Assembly: GCA_963666365.2 (NCBI GenBank)
Contig: CAXXNF010000002.1
Coordinates: forward strand, 2,336,001-2,400,000
DNA length: 64,000 nucleotides
Reading direction: 5' to 3'
From: Syntrophales bacterium
GTDB taxonomy: Bacteria; Desulfobacterota; Syntrophia; Syntrophales; UBA2210
Position 1 is the stretch's first letter, and every line of letters begins with the position of its first letter. The notes under the pieces were generated by a model. It saw only the letters and a list, made by a program, of their open reading frames with translations. It searched no databases and was not told the origin of the DNA. The position numbers were made by a program, and so were the translations under genes. Shown here one piece after another: positions 44,959 to 55,104 of this stretch.

Positions 44959-45894
44959 ATGGAAAACATATCCGATGCCACAAAGCATTTTGTCGATCTG
45001 AGACGGCACATGTGGATCGCCGGGATCGAGGTCGATCTGCGACGGCTTATCTGGCAGATTGCCGTCACGGGCAAGTACATATCGGCAAAAATTCATGAAT
45101 CGAACCGGAAGCTTGCCGGATTCAGAAATATCTACGACGAAGACCAGCTCGCTCTCGACAAGAGTTCCGATGAAATTCTACAGAGCCAGCTCCGTTTCTC
45201 GGGATTCGTGCGGGAATACGCCTCGGAAGAACTTGAATCCATTATTCAGATCGGCAGGGGGGACGAGAAGTATTGTGTGACCGCAGACCCGCTGGACGGT
45301 TCGTCACTGGTGGACACCAATCTTTCCATCGGCACCATTATCGGCATTCACAGCGGGGCCGTAATGCGCAGGGGTCGAGACAGCATGGTGGCGGCCATGT
45401 ACATTACCTACGGACCGCTGATCACCATGGTCTATTCGGCGGGCAAGGGCACCCATGAATTCGTCCTGAACAGAGAAGGGGAGTATGTCCTTTCGAACGA
45501 AAATATCACCATGAACGAGAGGGGATCCATATACAGCCTGGGCGGCCTGCGAAAAGACTGGACGGCGCCCCACAGGCGGTATGTGGAATTTCTCGAAGCC
45601 GAAGGCTACAAGCTCAGATACAGCGGCGGGTTCGTTCCCGACATCAACCAGATTATGATCAAAAAGGGGGGACTGTTCACCTACCCGGCACTTACCACAA
45701 GCAAAAAGGGCAAACTGAGGCTCATCTTTGAATTGCAGCCCATGGCCTTTTTAGTGGAACAGGCCGGGGGCAAGGCCACCGACGGCGAAGGGGACATTCT
45801 TTCGATTACGCCGGAAAGTCTTGACCAGCGGTGCCCCGTGTATATCGGCAGCCGCTTTGAGATAGAAAGGGCTCGAGAATTTCTGACAGATTAA
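44959..45894 (+). CDS. fbp: Fructose-1,6-bisphosphatase class I
   Basis: QLALD, ASEE, DPLDGSS, SIGTI, LRYSGGFVPD, GKLRLIFE..PMAFLVEQAGG. Start at ATG 44959 after AAGGA. Confidence 0.93.
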   Translation: MENISDATKHFVDLRRHMWIAGIEVDLRRLIWQIAVTGKYISAKIHESNRKLAGFRNIYDEDQLALDKSSDEILQSQLRFSGFVREYASEELESIIQIGRGDEKYCVTADPLDGSSLVDTNLSIGTIIGIHSGAVMRRGRDSMVAAMYITYGPLITMVYSAGKGTHEFVLNREGEYVLSNENITMNERGSIYSLGGLRKDWTAPHRRYVEFLEAEGYKLRYSGGFVPDINQIMIKKGGLFTYPALTTSKKGKLRLIFELQPMAFLVEQAGGKATDGEGDILSITPESLDQRCPVYIGSRFEIERAREFLTD

Positions 45895-45920
45895 GACGAT
45901 CGACTGGGAAAGGAGACGCC

Positions 45921-47315
45921 ATGATCTACCGCAGTATCGATGAATTAAAACAGCAATGTACCGGGATTCTTACAATAAAAGATGATTCCGTCGCGGTGCT
46001 CGACGAAGAAACGCTCGTATCCGGGCTGATCGACAATCTTGTATATTCGGCCGTATTCAGTAGCGCCCCCGATGTCCGCGAAGGCGCCTGCTGGCTCATT
46101 CGTCGTGCCGGCGCAGCCCTGGGAATTGTCTCATCATCGATTCAATCATTGTATGAGGCAATGGGAGAAGGCGGAGTTTCCGGATACACCGTGCCGGCCA
46201 TTAATCTCAGGGGCATTACCTACGTCTGTGCTCAGGCGGTTTTTCGGAGCGCCATGGCAGAGAGGGCCGGGGCGTTCATCTTCGAAATCGCCCGGTCGGA
46301 AATCGGCTATACCGACCAGCGACCCCTCGAGTATACAACGGTGGTCACAGCGGCGGCACTCAAGACAGGCTATAGAGGACCGATCTTCCTTCAGGGGGAC
46401 CATTTTCAGATCAATGCAAAAAAATACAAAGCCGATCCGATGGCCGAAACTCATGCCGTCGCATCCCTTATCAGGGAGGCGATCGAAGGGGGCTTTTATA
46501 ATATCGACATCGACGCATCGACGGTCGTTGACCTTTCACAGTCCACCCTGACGGCGCAACAGGAAAAAAACTTCGACATCACCGCCGACTTGACGGCGCT
46601 GATCCGGGAGATCGAACCGCCCGGAATCACCGTATCCGTGGGAGGGGAAATCGGCGAAGTAGGAACTAAAAATACCACTGTCGAAGAGTTCATCGCCTTT
46701 ATGGAGGGGTACCGGAAGGCCCTCAACGAAAGGGGTGAAGGACTCACGGGCATCAGCAAGATAAGCATACAAACCGGCACGACCCACGGCGGCGTTCCCC
46801 TTCCTGACGGTTCTATCGCCCAGGTGAAAATCGATTTTGACACGCTCAGGGAAATTTCGAAAATCGCCCGCAGCGACTACGGTCTCTCCGGCGCCGTGCA
46901 ACACGGTGCGTCAACACTCCCGGAGGATGCCTTTGACAAATTTCCCGAGACGGGTACCGCTGAAGTGCACCTGGCGACGGGATTTCAGAACATCCTGTAT
47001 GACAGCGACCACTTCCCCGCAGTTCTTAAAGCCCGCATATACGAGTATATAACAGGCGATCTGGCCGGTGAAAAAAAAGCCTCCGATACGGAAGAACAGT
47101 TTATCTACAAAACCAGGAAGAAGGGATTCGGTAGGTTCAAGAAAGACCTCTGGAACCTCCCCACGGAAATACTTGCCGCCATCGGAGCGGAGCTTGAAGA
47201 GCGTTTTTCCTTTCTTTTCGATAAATTGAACATCCAGGGAACGGAAGAAACGGTCCACCGCATTGTGAAACCCGTGGATGTCCCCGTTCAAGCACCGAAA
47301 GGACTTGCAGATTAA
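45921..47315 (+). CDS. Class II (metal-dependent) fructose/ketose-bisphosphate aldolase family protein
   Basis: VPAINLR, GDHFQ, IDIDAS, GGEIGEVG, GTTHGG, VQHGAS, HLATGFQN; directly downstream of fbp. Confidence 0.82.
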   Translation: MIYRSIDELKQQCTGILTIKDDSVAVLDEETLVSGLIDNLVYSAVFSSAPDVREGACWLIRRAGAALGIVSSSIQSLYEAMGEGGVSGYTVPAINLRGITYVCAQAVFRSAMAERAGAFIFEIARSEIGYTDQRPLEYTTVVTAAALKTGYRGPIFLQGDHFQINAKKYKADPMAETHAVASLIREAIEGGFYNIDIDASTVVDLSQSTLTAQQEKNFDITADLTALIREIEPPGITVSVGGEIGEVGTKNTTVEEFIAFMEGYRKALNERGEGLTGISKISIQTGTTHGGVPLPDGSIAQVKIDFDTLREISKIARSDYGLSGAVQHGASTLPEDAFDKFPETGTAEVHLATGFQNILYDSDHFPAVLKARIYEYITGDLAGEKKASDTEEQFIYKTRKKGFGRFKKDLWNLPTEILAAIGAELEERFSFLFDKLNIQGTEETVHRIVKPVDVPVQAPKGLAD

Positions 47316-47344
47316 GAGAGAACTGCCTCGTGCGGAGACGCGAA

Positions 47345-47880
47345 GACACTGCGGGAAAATAAATATAAAAGACTGTATCGCGCAGAGACGCAGAGGCGCG
47401 GAGGAACAGAGTTGCTGCAATTGCACAATCTACCATTCCCGCCTCCGTCGGGGGTTTCACTCATTCCCCACACCCGGCGGGAGGCCACACCTCTTCACTT
47501 CCCCTCCCCTGGCGGGAGGCCATTCCTCTTTTTTGCTTCCCCTCCCCTGGCGGGAGGCCACTCCTCTTCGCTTCCCCTCCCCTGGTGGGAGGGGATTGAG
47601 GGGAGGGGGATAATTACAATCCCTACGGATAATTAAATCACCCCCACCCTGACCCTCCCCCATCAAGGGGGAGGGAAAAAAAGGGATAGCTTCCCCATCA
47701 AGGGGGAGGAAAACGAGGTTCGGCTGGTTCTTCATCAAGAAGAAGGAAACAGGAGGAAGGGCTCTCGCCATCAAGGGGAATAAACTGAGCGTCTGTCAGC
47801 CCGGCAAGAGTGAAAAGGAGCTGAGAATGTAAAGGTTCTCTCTGCGGTCTCGGCGACACTGCGGGAAAATAAATATAAAA
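47345..47880. repeat. Composite intergenic repeat region: 26-bp perfect direct repeats flanking a cluster of REP-like palindromic units
   Basis: gacactgcgggaaaataaatataaaa at 47345-47370 and 47855-47880. Four tandem ttcccctcccctggcgggagg-type units at about 47464-47608. Hairpin ccctccccc-atcaa-gggggaggg near 47653-47675, with decaying catcaagggg copies downstream. Confidence 0.85.
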
Positions 47881-47971
47881 AAACCTGCCTCGCGCAGGGG
47901 CCCGGCGACGCGGAGGGAGAAAAGAAGCAAAAAGTATCTCCTCGGCGACGCTGCGGGAGAATCAACCTCCC

Positions 47972-49864
47972 TTAGCGGATCTTTGCTCCCACCTGGGGTT
48001 CGCCGTCAAAGGAAACCAAGGTAAAGCCGCCGCCGGTTTTCTCGGTTGCCAGAAGCATGCCGTTCGATTGGACGCCTCTGATTTTTGTCGGTTTCAGGTT
48101 CACAAGCACGACGATATGCTTCCCCACCAGCTCTTCCGGTGAGTAGTCTTTGCCTATGCCCGCCACGATGGTCCGCTCCTCGCCCACATCTATTTTCATC
48201 TTTACGAGCTTGTCCGCCTGGGGAACCCGTTCGGCCTCGATGACACGGGCGACTCTGAGATCCATCTTGTCGAAATCCTCTATGCCGATCTCCGGTTTTA
48301 CATCGGAAAGCCTGCGGGGCTGCTGCTCTGCCTTCGCCTCATAGACAACGCGCGGGAACAGCGCCTCCCCCTTCGTCAGTGCGCTCCCGGCGGAAAGGCC
48401 GCCCCATTGTTCGATAGCGGTGAAACTCCCTGTCGACGTGATCCCCAGCCTTTTCAGAATTTCCTCCGAAGTGCCCGGCATAAAGGGGTGCAGGATGAAC
48501 GCGACGACCCGCAAGGCCTCCAGCACGTGATACATCACCGTATCCAGCCGTTTCCGGGAGGCCTTGTCCTTCGCCAGCGACCAGGGCTCCGTCCCGACGA
48601 TATACTTGTTGGCGGCATTGATAAATTCCCAGATTGATATCAAGGCCTTGTGGAATTGAAGGGCCTCGAAGTTCCCCGTCACCTCATTCAAGAGCTTCTC
48701 ACCCCGTTCAATGAGTGCGCGATCGATTTCCTCGTCCATGCCCCGTGCGGGAACGGCGCCGTTGCAGTATTTCACCGCCATGGACAGACTGCGGCTCACC
48801 AGATTACCCAAATCGTTTGCAAGGTCGGAGTTCAGACGCGCCACAAGGCCCTCTTCGCTGAAGTTCGCATCAAGCCCGAAGACCATCTCGCGCATCAGGT
48901 AGTAACGGAAGGAATCAAGTCCGTATTTGTCTTTTAAATCGAGCGGTTTCACTACAGTTCCGAGGCTCTTCGACATCTTGCCCGCATCGATGTTCCAGTA
49001 TCCATGCACATTCAGATGCTGATAGGGCTCGATGCCGGCCGCCTTCAGCATAGTGGGCCAGTAAATCCCGTGCGGTTTGAGAATATCCTTCGCAATCAGA
49101 TGCTGCGCCACGGGCCAGAATTCGTGAAATTTTTCACCGTCGGGATAGCCGATTCCGGTAAGGTAGTTGATAAGGGCGTCGAACCACACATAGGTCACAT
49201 AGTGGTCGTCGAATGGAAGGTCGATCCCCCAGGTCAGCCGCGTTTTGGGACGGGAGATACAGAGGTCCTCCAGCGGCTCCTTCAAAAAAGCCAGGGCCTC
49301 GTTTTTATATCGTTCGGGACGGATAAAATCGGTGTTTTCCCTGATGTATCCGATCAACCAGTCCTGATATTTGCTCATTTTAAAGAAGTAATTGCTTTCC
49401 TTTCTGTGTTCGGGCACAGTCTTGTGATCGGGACAGAGCCCGTCCACAAGCTCCGATTCCCGGTAGAAGCGTTCGCAGCCCACGCAATAAAATCCCTCAT
49501 ATTCCCCGAAATAGATGTCGCCGGCATCATACACCTTTTGCAGTATCGACCGCACCACGGCGATATGATCGGTGTCGGTGGTCCGTATGAAATAATCGTT
49601 CTCTATCATGAGCTCCGGCCAGAGCGCCTTGAATTGCGCACTGATTCCGTCGGCATACTCCTTCGGCGACACCCCGGCAGCCATGGCGGCCTCTGCGATT
49701 TTGTCGCCATGCTCATCGGTACCGGTCATAAAAAATGTGCGGCAGCCCGCCATTCGGTAAAATCGGGCCATCACATCGGCAACGATGGTGGTATAGGCAT
49801 GCCCGATGTGGGGTGACGCATTCACATAGTAAATAGGAGTGGTTACATAAAAGGGTGTGTCCAT
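47972..49864 (-). CDS. metG: Methionyl-tRNA synthetase with C-terminal tRNA-binding domain
   Basis: TTPIYYVN..PHIGHAY, GTDEHG, YVWFDAL, KMSKSLG, C-terminal OB fold (VNLKP..IRGVQSNGMLL). Confidence 0.97.
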   Translation of the reverse strand: MDTPFYVTTPIYYVNASPHIGHAYTTIVADVMARFYRMAGCRTFFMTGTDEHGDKIAEAAMAAGVSPKEYADGISAQFKALWPELMIENDYFIRTTDTDHIAVVRSILQKVYDAGDIYFGEYEGFYCVGCERFYRESELVDGLCPDHKTVPEHRKESNYFFKMSKYQDWLIGYIRENTDFIRPERYKNEALAFLKEPLEDLCISRPKTRLTWGIDLPFDDHYVTYVWFDALINYLTGIGYPDGEKFHEFWPVAQHLIAKDILKPHGIYWPTMLKAAGIEPYQHLNVHGYWNIDAGKMSKSLGTVVKPLDLKDKYGLDSFRYYLMREMVFGLDANFSEEGLVARLNSDLANDLGNLVSRSLSMAVKYCNGAVPARGMDEEIDRALIERGEKLLNEVTGNFEALQFHKALISIWEFINAANKYIVGTEPWSLAKDKASRKRLDTVMYHVLEALRVVAFILHPFMPGTSEEILKRLGITSTGSFTAIEQWGGLSAGSALTKGEALFPRVVYEAKAEQQPRRLSDVKPEIGIEDFDKMDLRVARVIEAERVPQADKLVKMKIDVGEERTIVAGIGKDYSPEELVGKHIVVLVNLKPTKIRGVQSNGMLLATEKTGGGFTLVSFDGEPQVGAKIR

Positions 49865-49883
49865 AGAATTCTCTTTAACCTCG

Positions 49884-50717
49884 TTACGATCCCTGTCTGT
49901 TTTGTTTCATTATATCGTGGATGGAAATTTCCACTTCCTTGCCTTCTCCCAAATCGACAACTATCTTTTCATCCAGCACGTTTTGCCGTACCACTTTCCC
50001 TTTTCCCTGGGGCAGATCGATGATTTTACCTATTTTCGGCATATGTTTCTTCGCAGCACGATAGTTGTCGTATTCAAAGGCAAGGCAGCACATGAGCCTG
50101 CCGCAAAGACCGGAAATCTTTTCCGGATTGAGCAGCATGTTCTGCTCTTTCGCCATTTTTATTGATACAGGGGCAAAATTATTTAAAAAACCGACGCAGC
50201 AGAGCTCTCTGCCGCACATCCCCATTCCTCCGTATATTTTGGCCTCGCTTCTGACCCAGATCTGCCGCAGTTCAATCCGCGTACGGTATTTCGCCACCAG
50301 ATCCTTCACGAGCTCCCGGAAATCGACCCGGCTTTCGGCAGTAAAATAAAAAATAAGCTTGCTCCGATCAAAGAGATAGGAGACGTCGACAAGCCTCATG
50401 GGGAGGCCTCGTTCGCCTATTTTTCTTCGGCAGAACTGAAAGGCATCCTTCTCAATTTCGGCATTTTCCCGCTCGCTGTTCAGATCGGAATTATCCGCCC
50501 GCCGTATCACCCGTTTGAGATTATCGGGAAGATCCGACGGGGAAGTGAGCTTGACCAATGTCGCGACGGTTCCGATGGCCGGACCGTTCTCGGTGTCGAC
50601 AATCACCTTGTCGCCCTTCTCCACCGCCGTCCCGGAACCGTCAAAGGTGTATATCTTCCCCTTGCTGCGAAACCTTACGCCTGCCATCTGTGTGCATGGG
50701 GTATCGTTATCGTCCAT
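49884..50717 (-). CDS. ricT: PSP1 domain / RicT (YaaT) family protein
   Basis: FYFTAESRVDFRELVKDL, RIELRQI, G.CGRELCC, KISGLCGRLMCCL; typical position between holB and metG. Confidence 0.9.
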   Translation of the reverse strand: MDDNDTPCTQMAGVRFRSKGKIYTFDGSGTAVEKGDKVIVDTENGPAIGTVATLVKLTSPSDLPDNLKRVIRRADNSDLNSERENAEIEKDAFQFCRRKIGERGLPMRLVDVSYLFDRSKLIFYFTAESRVDFRELVKDLVAKYRTRIELRQIWVRSEAKIYGGMGMCGRELCCVGFLNNFAPVSIKMAKEQNMLLNPEKISGLCGRLMCCLAFEYDNYRAAKKHMPKIGKIIDLPQGKGKVVRQNVLDEKIVVDLGEGKEVEISIHDIMKQNRQGS

Positions 50718-51747
50718 ATGTCCTTCTTGCAGAAAACCGATTTCTGTGCTCATTCTCATTCTCGACGCTCATAAGATGGAAAAGTGTAAATACCATCGAC
50801 TCTAATGTCAACTGCTTGTTGGCATTTCTTTCAACGGCGCGAATCGCCCGTGCAACAGCCTCTACTGCTTCTATTATCGACGCCCTGCCTATTTTTCCCG
50901 ACAGGGTCTCCGAGGTCTTCAAAAGATCCCTGTGCAGCATGAAATCATGCCGGCCCGTTTCTTTCAGTACCAGAACATCCCTGAGCCATTCCCTCAGAAT
51001 CCCGAGTTTTTCCAGAATACCCGCTCTCTCATCGCCAAACTCATGGGCAATCGAAAAAAGTGAGAGCCCCTTTCCTCGATGCATCATCGCGATCTTTTCT
51101 ATTGTCTCCCTCTTGAACCGCTCCCGGCTCTCCTCTTCCCGCTCCGGAATCCTCCCGATGCTTCCCTGTGACGCCGCGGCAATAATCGCTGCATCCTCTT
51201 CTTCCATGCCTCTGGTCTCCATCAGATAGGTCTTCACCGTCGCGGGCCGGACCGGATTGAATCGAATCTTCTGACATCGCGAGAGTATTGTCCGGGGGAA
51301 TCCGTCATAGCGCGATGTCAGCAGGATCAATACGTTATAGGGCATGGGCTCTTCCAGTGTCTTGAGCAGCGCATTGGCCGCCGCGTCATTCATCCTGTGG
51401 GCATCTTCTATGATCACCACCCGCCGCCGTCCCTCAAAAGGTCTGAACTGCATCTGTTTTTGCAGTTCTCTGATATCGCCTATCTTAATGACGATGCCCT
51501 GCGGTTTTACCACCACAAGGTCGGGATGGGCGTCATGAGCGATCTTCCTGCAGGACGGACAGTGCTCACAGCCGTCGCTCCCGCCATTGAGACAGTTCAG
51601 CGCCTTTGCAAATGCCATGGCCGTTGTTTTTTTTCCCACGCCAGGCATTCCGGAAAAGAGATAAGCATGGGCCACCCGATTCCTCTTAATGGAATTTCTG
51701 AGGAGATCGATCTGGCGTGCATGGCCGTAAATATCGCGAAATGACAT
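50707..51747 (-). CDS. holB: DNA polymerase III subunit delta'
   Basis: HAYLFSG..GVGK, zinc motif C..C..C, HPD, AANALLKTLEEP, TILSRCQ. Start at MSFRDIYG. Confidence 0.93.
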   Translation of the reverse strand: MSFRDIYGHARQIDLLRNSIKRNRVAHAYLFSGMPGVGKKTTAMAFAKALNCLNGGSDGCEHCPSCRKIAHDAHPDLVVVKPQGIVIKIGDIRELQKQMQFRPFEGRRRVVIIEDAHRMNDAAANALLKTLEEPMPYNVLILLTSRYDGFPRTILSRCQKIRFNPVRPATVKTYLMETRGMEEEDAAIIAAASQGSIGRIPEREEESRERFKRETIEKIAMMHRGKGLSLFSIAHEFGDERAGILEKLGILREWLRDVLVLKETGRHDFMLHRDLLKTSETLSGKIGRASIIEAVEAVARAIRAVERNANKQLTLESMVFTLFHLMSVENENEHRNRFSARRTYGR

Positions 51748-51751
51748 GGGA

Positions 51752-52402
51752 TCAGATACCGAGTATCTCTGAAATACTGCGGGATACCTCAAGAAATACA
51801 GCGTCGGCATCTTGAGAGGCATCGATTATTCTAAAGCGACGCGGTTCTTTTTCCGCGATCCGCCGGTAGGCCTCTCTCACCTTTTGATGAAAGTCCTCCT
51901 GTTCCCGTTCAAAACGATCCACCCCCGCCGTCGCACCGTCAGGACCGAGAGTCCTGCCGGCCACTCTTTTCAGCCCGACGTGGACAGGCAGATCGAAGAG
52001 GAGGGTCACATCCGGTTTTATGGAAAAGGATGCGAAGGCATTAATCGCTTCTATCATATTCAGGTCGAGCCCCCTTCCGGAACCCTGGTAAGCAATGGTC
52101 GCATCGGAAAAGCGGTCGCATATCACTACTTTTTCCTCATTCAACGCCGGAACAATCACTTCATCCACATGTTGCGCCCGATCGGCGGCAAAGAGAAGAA
52201 GCTCGGCCCTCTCTCCTATCTTCAAAGAGGTCCTGTCAAGAAGGAGTGATCGAAGCTCTTTCCCCAGACGGCTTCCGCCCGGTTCGCTGGTGACGAGGCA
52301 TGGGATCTTTGCCCTTCGAAGCCACTCGCCCGTTCTCAGAACCTGTGTGGTCTTGCCGGAACCCTCCACCCCCTCAAATGTAATAAATTTCGCCATATAC
52401 AC
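51752..52402 (-). CDS. tmk: Thymidylate kinase
   Basis: FITFEGVEGSGKTTQ, EPGG, LLFAADRAQH, CDRFSDATIAYQG, DRFE. Start may be ATG 52396. Confidence 0.96.
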   Translation of the reverse strand: MYMAKFITFEGVEGSGKTTQVLRTGEWLRRAKIPCLVTSEPGGSRLGKELRSLLLDRTSLKIGERAELLLFAADRAQHVDEVIVPALNEEKVVICDRFSDATIAYQGSGRGLDLNMIEAINAFASFSIKPDVTLLFDLPVHVGLKRVAGRTLGPDGATAGVDRFEREQEDFHQKVREAYRRIAEKEPRRFRIIDASQDADAVFLEVSRSISEILGI

Positions 52403-52492
52403 TACCGTGCCCCTGCTTCACTGCGCCCGAAAACGGGTTTTCGGAACAGACGGGGCAGGGGCATGCCGACGGCACGGACCGCAGGGATATTT

Positions 52493-52699
<207 letters not shown>

Positions 52700-52739
52700 T
52701 TATTCCTGAAAAACGTATTGATAGTGCACCCTCTATTCT

Positions 52740-53333
52740 TCAATGGGGCATATCGTCAATCATTTTTTTCGCTACATCCTTTGCAACCCCGGCAAGATCG
52801 GGCTTTATTATAATATAATCCTTTGCCTCGTGATGTTCACAGGTCCACAGAATTTTCCCCGTCGATGGGTCGACGAGATTCATTCCGAACCCTACCTTGG
52901 CAACCTCTTTCTTCTTTTCGTTGACGGTAAAATGCCAGAAGTCCACCCGCACGATCAAGAAGGCATCGGCCCCTATATCATCAGCGATGCGACGGCTCAG
53001 ATCGGGATCGGAAAAGTTGACCTTTTCCAGTTTCAGAAGATATTCCTCCACCGCCTGTGCAAAGGAACCGTCAGCCTTTCTCCTTTCACCTATCGATTCG
53101 GGCGAAAGAACCGTCTCAAACCATCCTCTCTCTCTCACCACTTCTGTAATGATCTTTTCCGCCCGGCCCACCGCCTCCTCATAGGGACCCGTGTTTACGG
53201 AGAGAACGGCTATATTCCGGGGGTGGAAGGTTCCGGCATCAGTAGCGCATTTCGAGTAACGCAGCCCACCGCAGGCCGAAAGAAAAAGGCATACAAGAAC
53301 CGTTAAAAGTGTTGTGAGACAACTGTATTTCAT
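52740..53333 (-). CDS. Putative lipoprotein (DUF799/GNA1162-like)
   Basis: MKYSCLTTLLTVLVCLFLSA-C lipobox; pattern IAVL...DAFLIVRV..W...VGFGMNLVD..TGKILW. Confidence 0.65.
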   Translation of the reverse strand: MKYSCLTTLLTVLVCLFLSACGGLRYSKCATDAGTFHPRNIAVLSVNTGPYEEAVGRAEKIITEVVRERGWFETVLSPESIGERRKADGSFAQAVEEYLLKLEKVNFSDPDLSRRIADDIGADAFLIVRVDFWHFTVNEKKKEVAKVGFGMNLVDPSTGKILWTCEHHEAKDYIIIKPDLAGVAKDVAKKMIDDMPH

Positions 53334-53361
53334 TATCGGAATGCCTTTCGCATCAGCGTTT

Positions 53362-55098
53362 TCATGTAAAAAACCGCCCGATGTGAAACCAGAGAACAAC
53401 ACTCACACCGGCAATAATATAATTCGTACCGAAGAGCCCTTCAAGAGCGGCATTCGAAAATTGCGCTCTTTTATCACAAAGTTCCAAACAAATCCATATA
53501 TAAAATACCGAGATAAGCAGCGCCGTCCCGACCATCGGGACGTAACCGGCGCCTACCGCGGCAATGATCATTACTGCAAGAAAAAGGGCAATCCCTTTTA
53601 TCAATCCTCGGGCCTTTGCCTCTCCCATGACCACGGGAATCGTCTCCCGCCCTACAAGCCGGTCGCTCTGTACCTCCACCATGTCGGACAATGCGGATTT
53701 CACAAAGACGATCGAAGAAATAAACAAAAAGGCGCATACCATCGTGGGCGTGAGATGGAACCCCCCTTCCATTGCGGGGATGAACGTCGTGACGATGCCC
53801 CAGGCGGCCGCCGTAAAAATGTTTTTCGACCCGGAGATGTCCCTCAAACGCTTTACTTTCAGGCTTCGCGGAAATACAACCACATTATAAAGCACGCCGA
53901 GGAGCGAAATGACAAAAAGACAGATGAGCGCACTGATGCTGAGCGCCGCGGAGATCATCAGCGCCAGAAAGAGGGCGCAGACGGCCGCGGTCATATAGCC
54001 TTTTCTGTGCCGTATGTATATTTCATCTCTGAACCCCCCGGTGATTCTCCCCAGATGGCGATCCTGCAGGCGATTGATCGTATGCATGGCATAGACATAC
54101 AATGCGGCCACACTCATGCTGAGCACATTCAGCCTCAGTCCCTGAAGAAACATGCTCACCATAGTGAGTGATGCAGCGCCGAGCACTGAATAGAGGTCTG
54201 TCTGGACGGCAAGGAACCCGGCGGAATAGACCCACTCCATTTTTCTCTGCTTCTTTCCCCGCAGATGAAATGTCAGATATTCGATTACGCTGTCGGTGAT
54301 CCAATTCGGCGTGGAAGCGCCGGCGGATACGCCGATCCGGTCAGCCCCCGCAAGGTCGATATGACGCAATTCGTCCGCCGTCTCTACATGAAATGCGGGC
54401 GTGCCCCTGCTCCGGGCAATATCGGCCAGACGTTGCGTATTGGCGCTGTTTTTCCCCCCCACGATGACCATGGCGTCTGTTTCAGAGGTCATTTTTTTTA
54501 TTTCAGCCTGCCGCCGCTCCGTGGAATCACAAATTGTATTGAATATCACCGCATGGGGAAAACGCTCGACGATAGACCCTGCAACCTCGTCAAAGCGCTT
54601 TGCATTCTGTGTGGTCTGCGCAACCACACAGACCTTGTCCAGGGGAGGAAGGCCGCTCACGTCGTCACCTTCGCCCAGCACGATCCCCTTCGACCCCGCA
54701 TAGCCGAGCAGGCCCGACACTTCCGGGTGCTCGCCGTCTCCCACAATAATGACATGATATGCTTCCCGGGCATGCTTTTTTATAATCGCCTGCACGCGGG
54801 CAACCTTTGGACAGGTCGCATCGACGATGGTTGCCCCTTTTGCCTTCAACAGCGCCCTTTCCTGAGGAGAGATGCCGTGAGCCCGTATGACGACCACGCC
54901 GCCGTCGATCTCATCGATGGTTGAGACCGGGACAATCCCCTGTTTTCTCAGGAGTTCAACCGTCTGAGGATTGTGAATAAGCTGACCGTAGGTATAGACG
55001 GGCCGCGCCCCCTTCTTACGGGCAATGTCGAGAACGATGTCCACGGCACGGCGCACCCCCATGCAAAATCCCGCTGTTTTGGCTCTTTTTATGATCAT
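53362..55098 (-). CDS. ispH: 4-hydroxy-3-methylbut-2-enyl diphosphate reductase fused to a C-terminal UbiA-like membrane domain
   Basis: AGFCMGVRRA, LIHN, IRAHG, DATCPKV, HPEV, QTT, TICDST..RQ, SANT, SAGASTP. Then about 290 aa with multiple hydrophobic helices and NRLQD / DMVEVQSDRLVGRETIPV motifs. Confidence 0.9.
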   Translation of the reverse strand: MIIKRAKTAGFCMGVRRAVDIVLDIARKKGARPVYTYGQLIHNPQTVELLRKQGIVPVSTIDEIDGGVVVIRAHGISPQERALLKAKGATIVDATCPKVARVQAIIKKHAREAYHVIIVGDGEHPEVSGLLGYAGSKGIVLGEGDDVSGLPPLDKVCVVAQTTQNAKRFDEVAGSIVERFPHAVIFNTICDSTERRQAEIKKMTSETDAMVIVGGKNSANTQRLADIARSRGTPAFHVETADELRHIDLAGADRIGVSAGASTPNWITDSVIEYLTFHLRGKKQRKMEWVYSAGFLAVQTDLYSVLGAASLTMVSMFLQGLRLNVLSMSVAALYVYAMHTINRLQDRHLGRITGGFRDEIYIRHRKGYMTAAVCALFLALMISAALSISALICLFVISLLGVLYNVVVFPRSLKVKRLRDISGSKNIFTAAAWGIVTTFIPAMEGGFHLTPTMVCAFLFISSIVFVKSALSDMVEVQSDRLVGRETIPVVMGEAKARGLIKGIALFLAVMIIAAVGAGYVPMVGTALLISVFYIWICLELCDKRAQFSNAALEGLFGTNYIIAGVSVVLWFHIGRFFT

Positions 55099-55104
55099 AT
55101 CCGC

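Noticed and set aside
44992..45046. 16-bp near-direct repeat in the fbp 5' end (VDLRR twice)
   Set aside because: Short and in-frame coding; no evidence of a separate function.
47464..47608. Tandem ~35-bp repeats as a possible CRISPR array
   Set aside because: Units are adjacent with no unique spacers, degenerate progressively, and no cas genes are present.
47278..47965. Small ORFs across the aldolase-metG intergenic region
   Set aside because: Translations simply mirror the Pro/Gly-rich DNA repeats.
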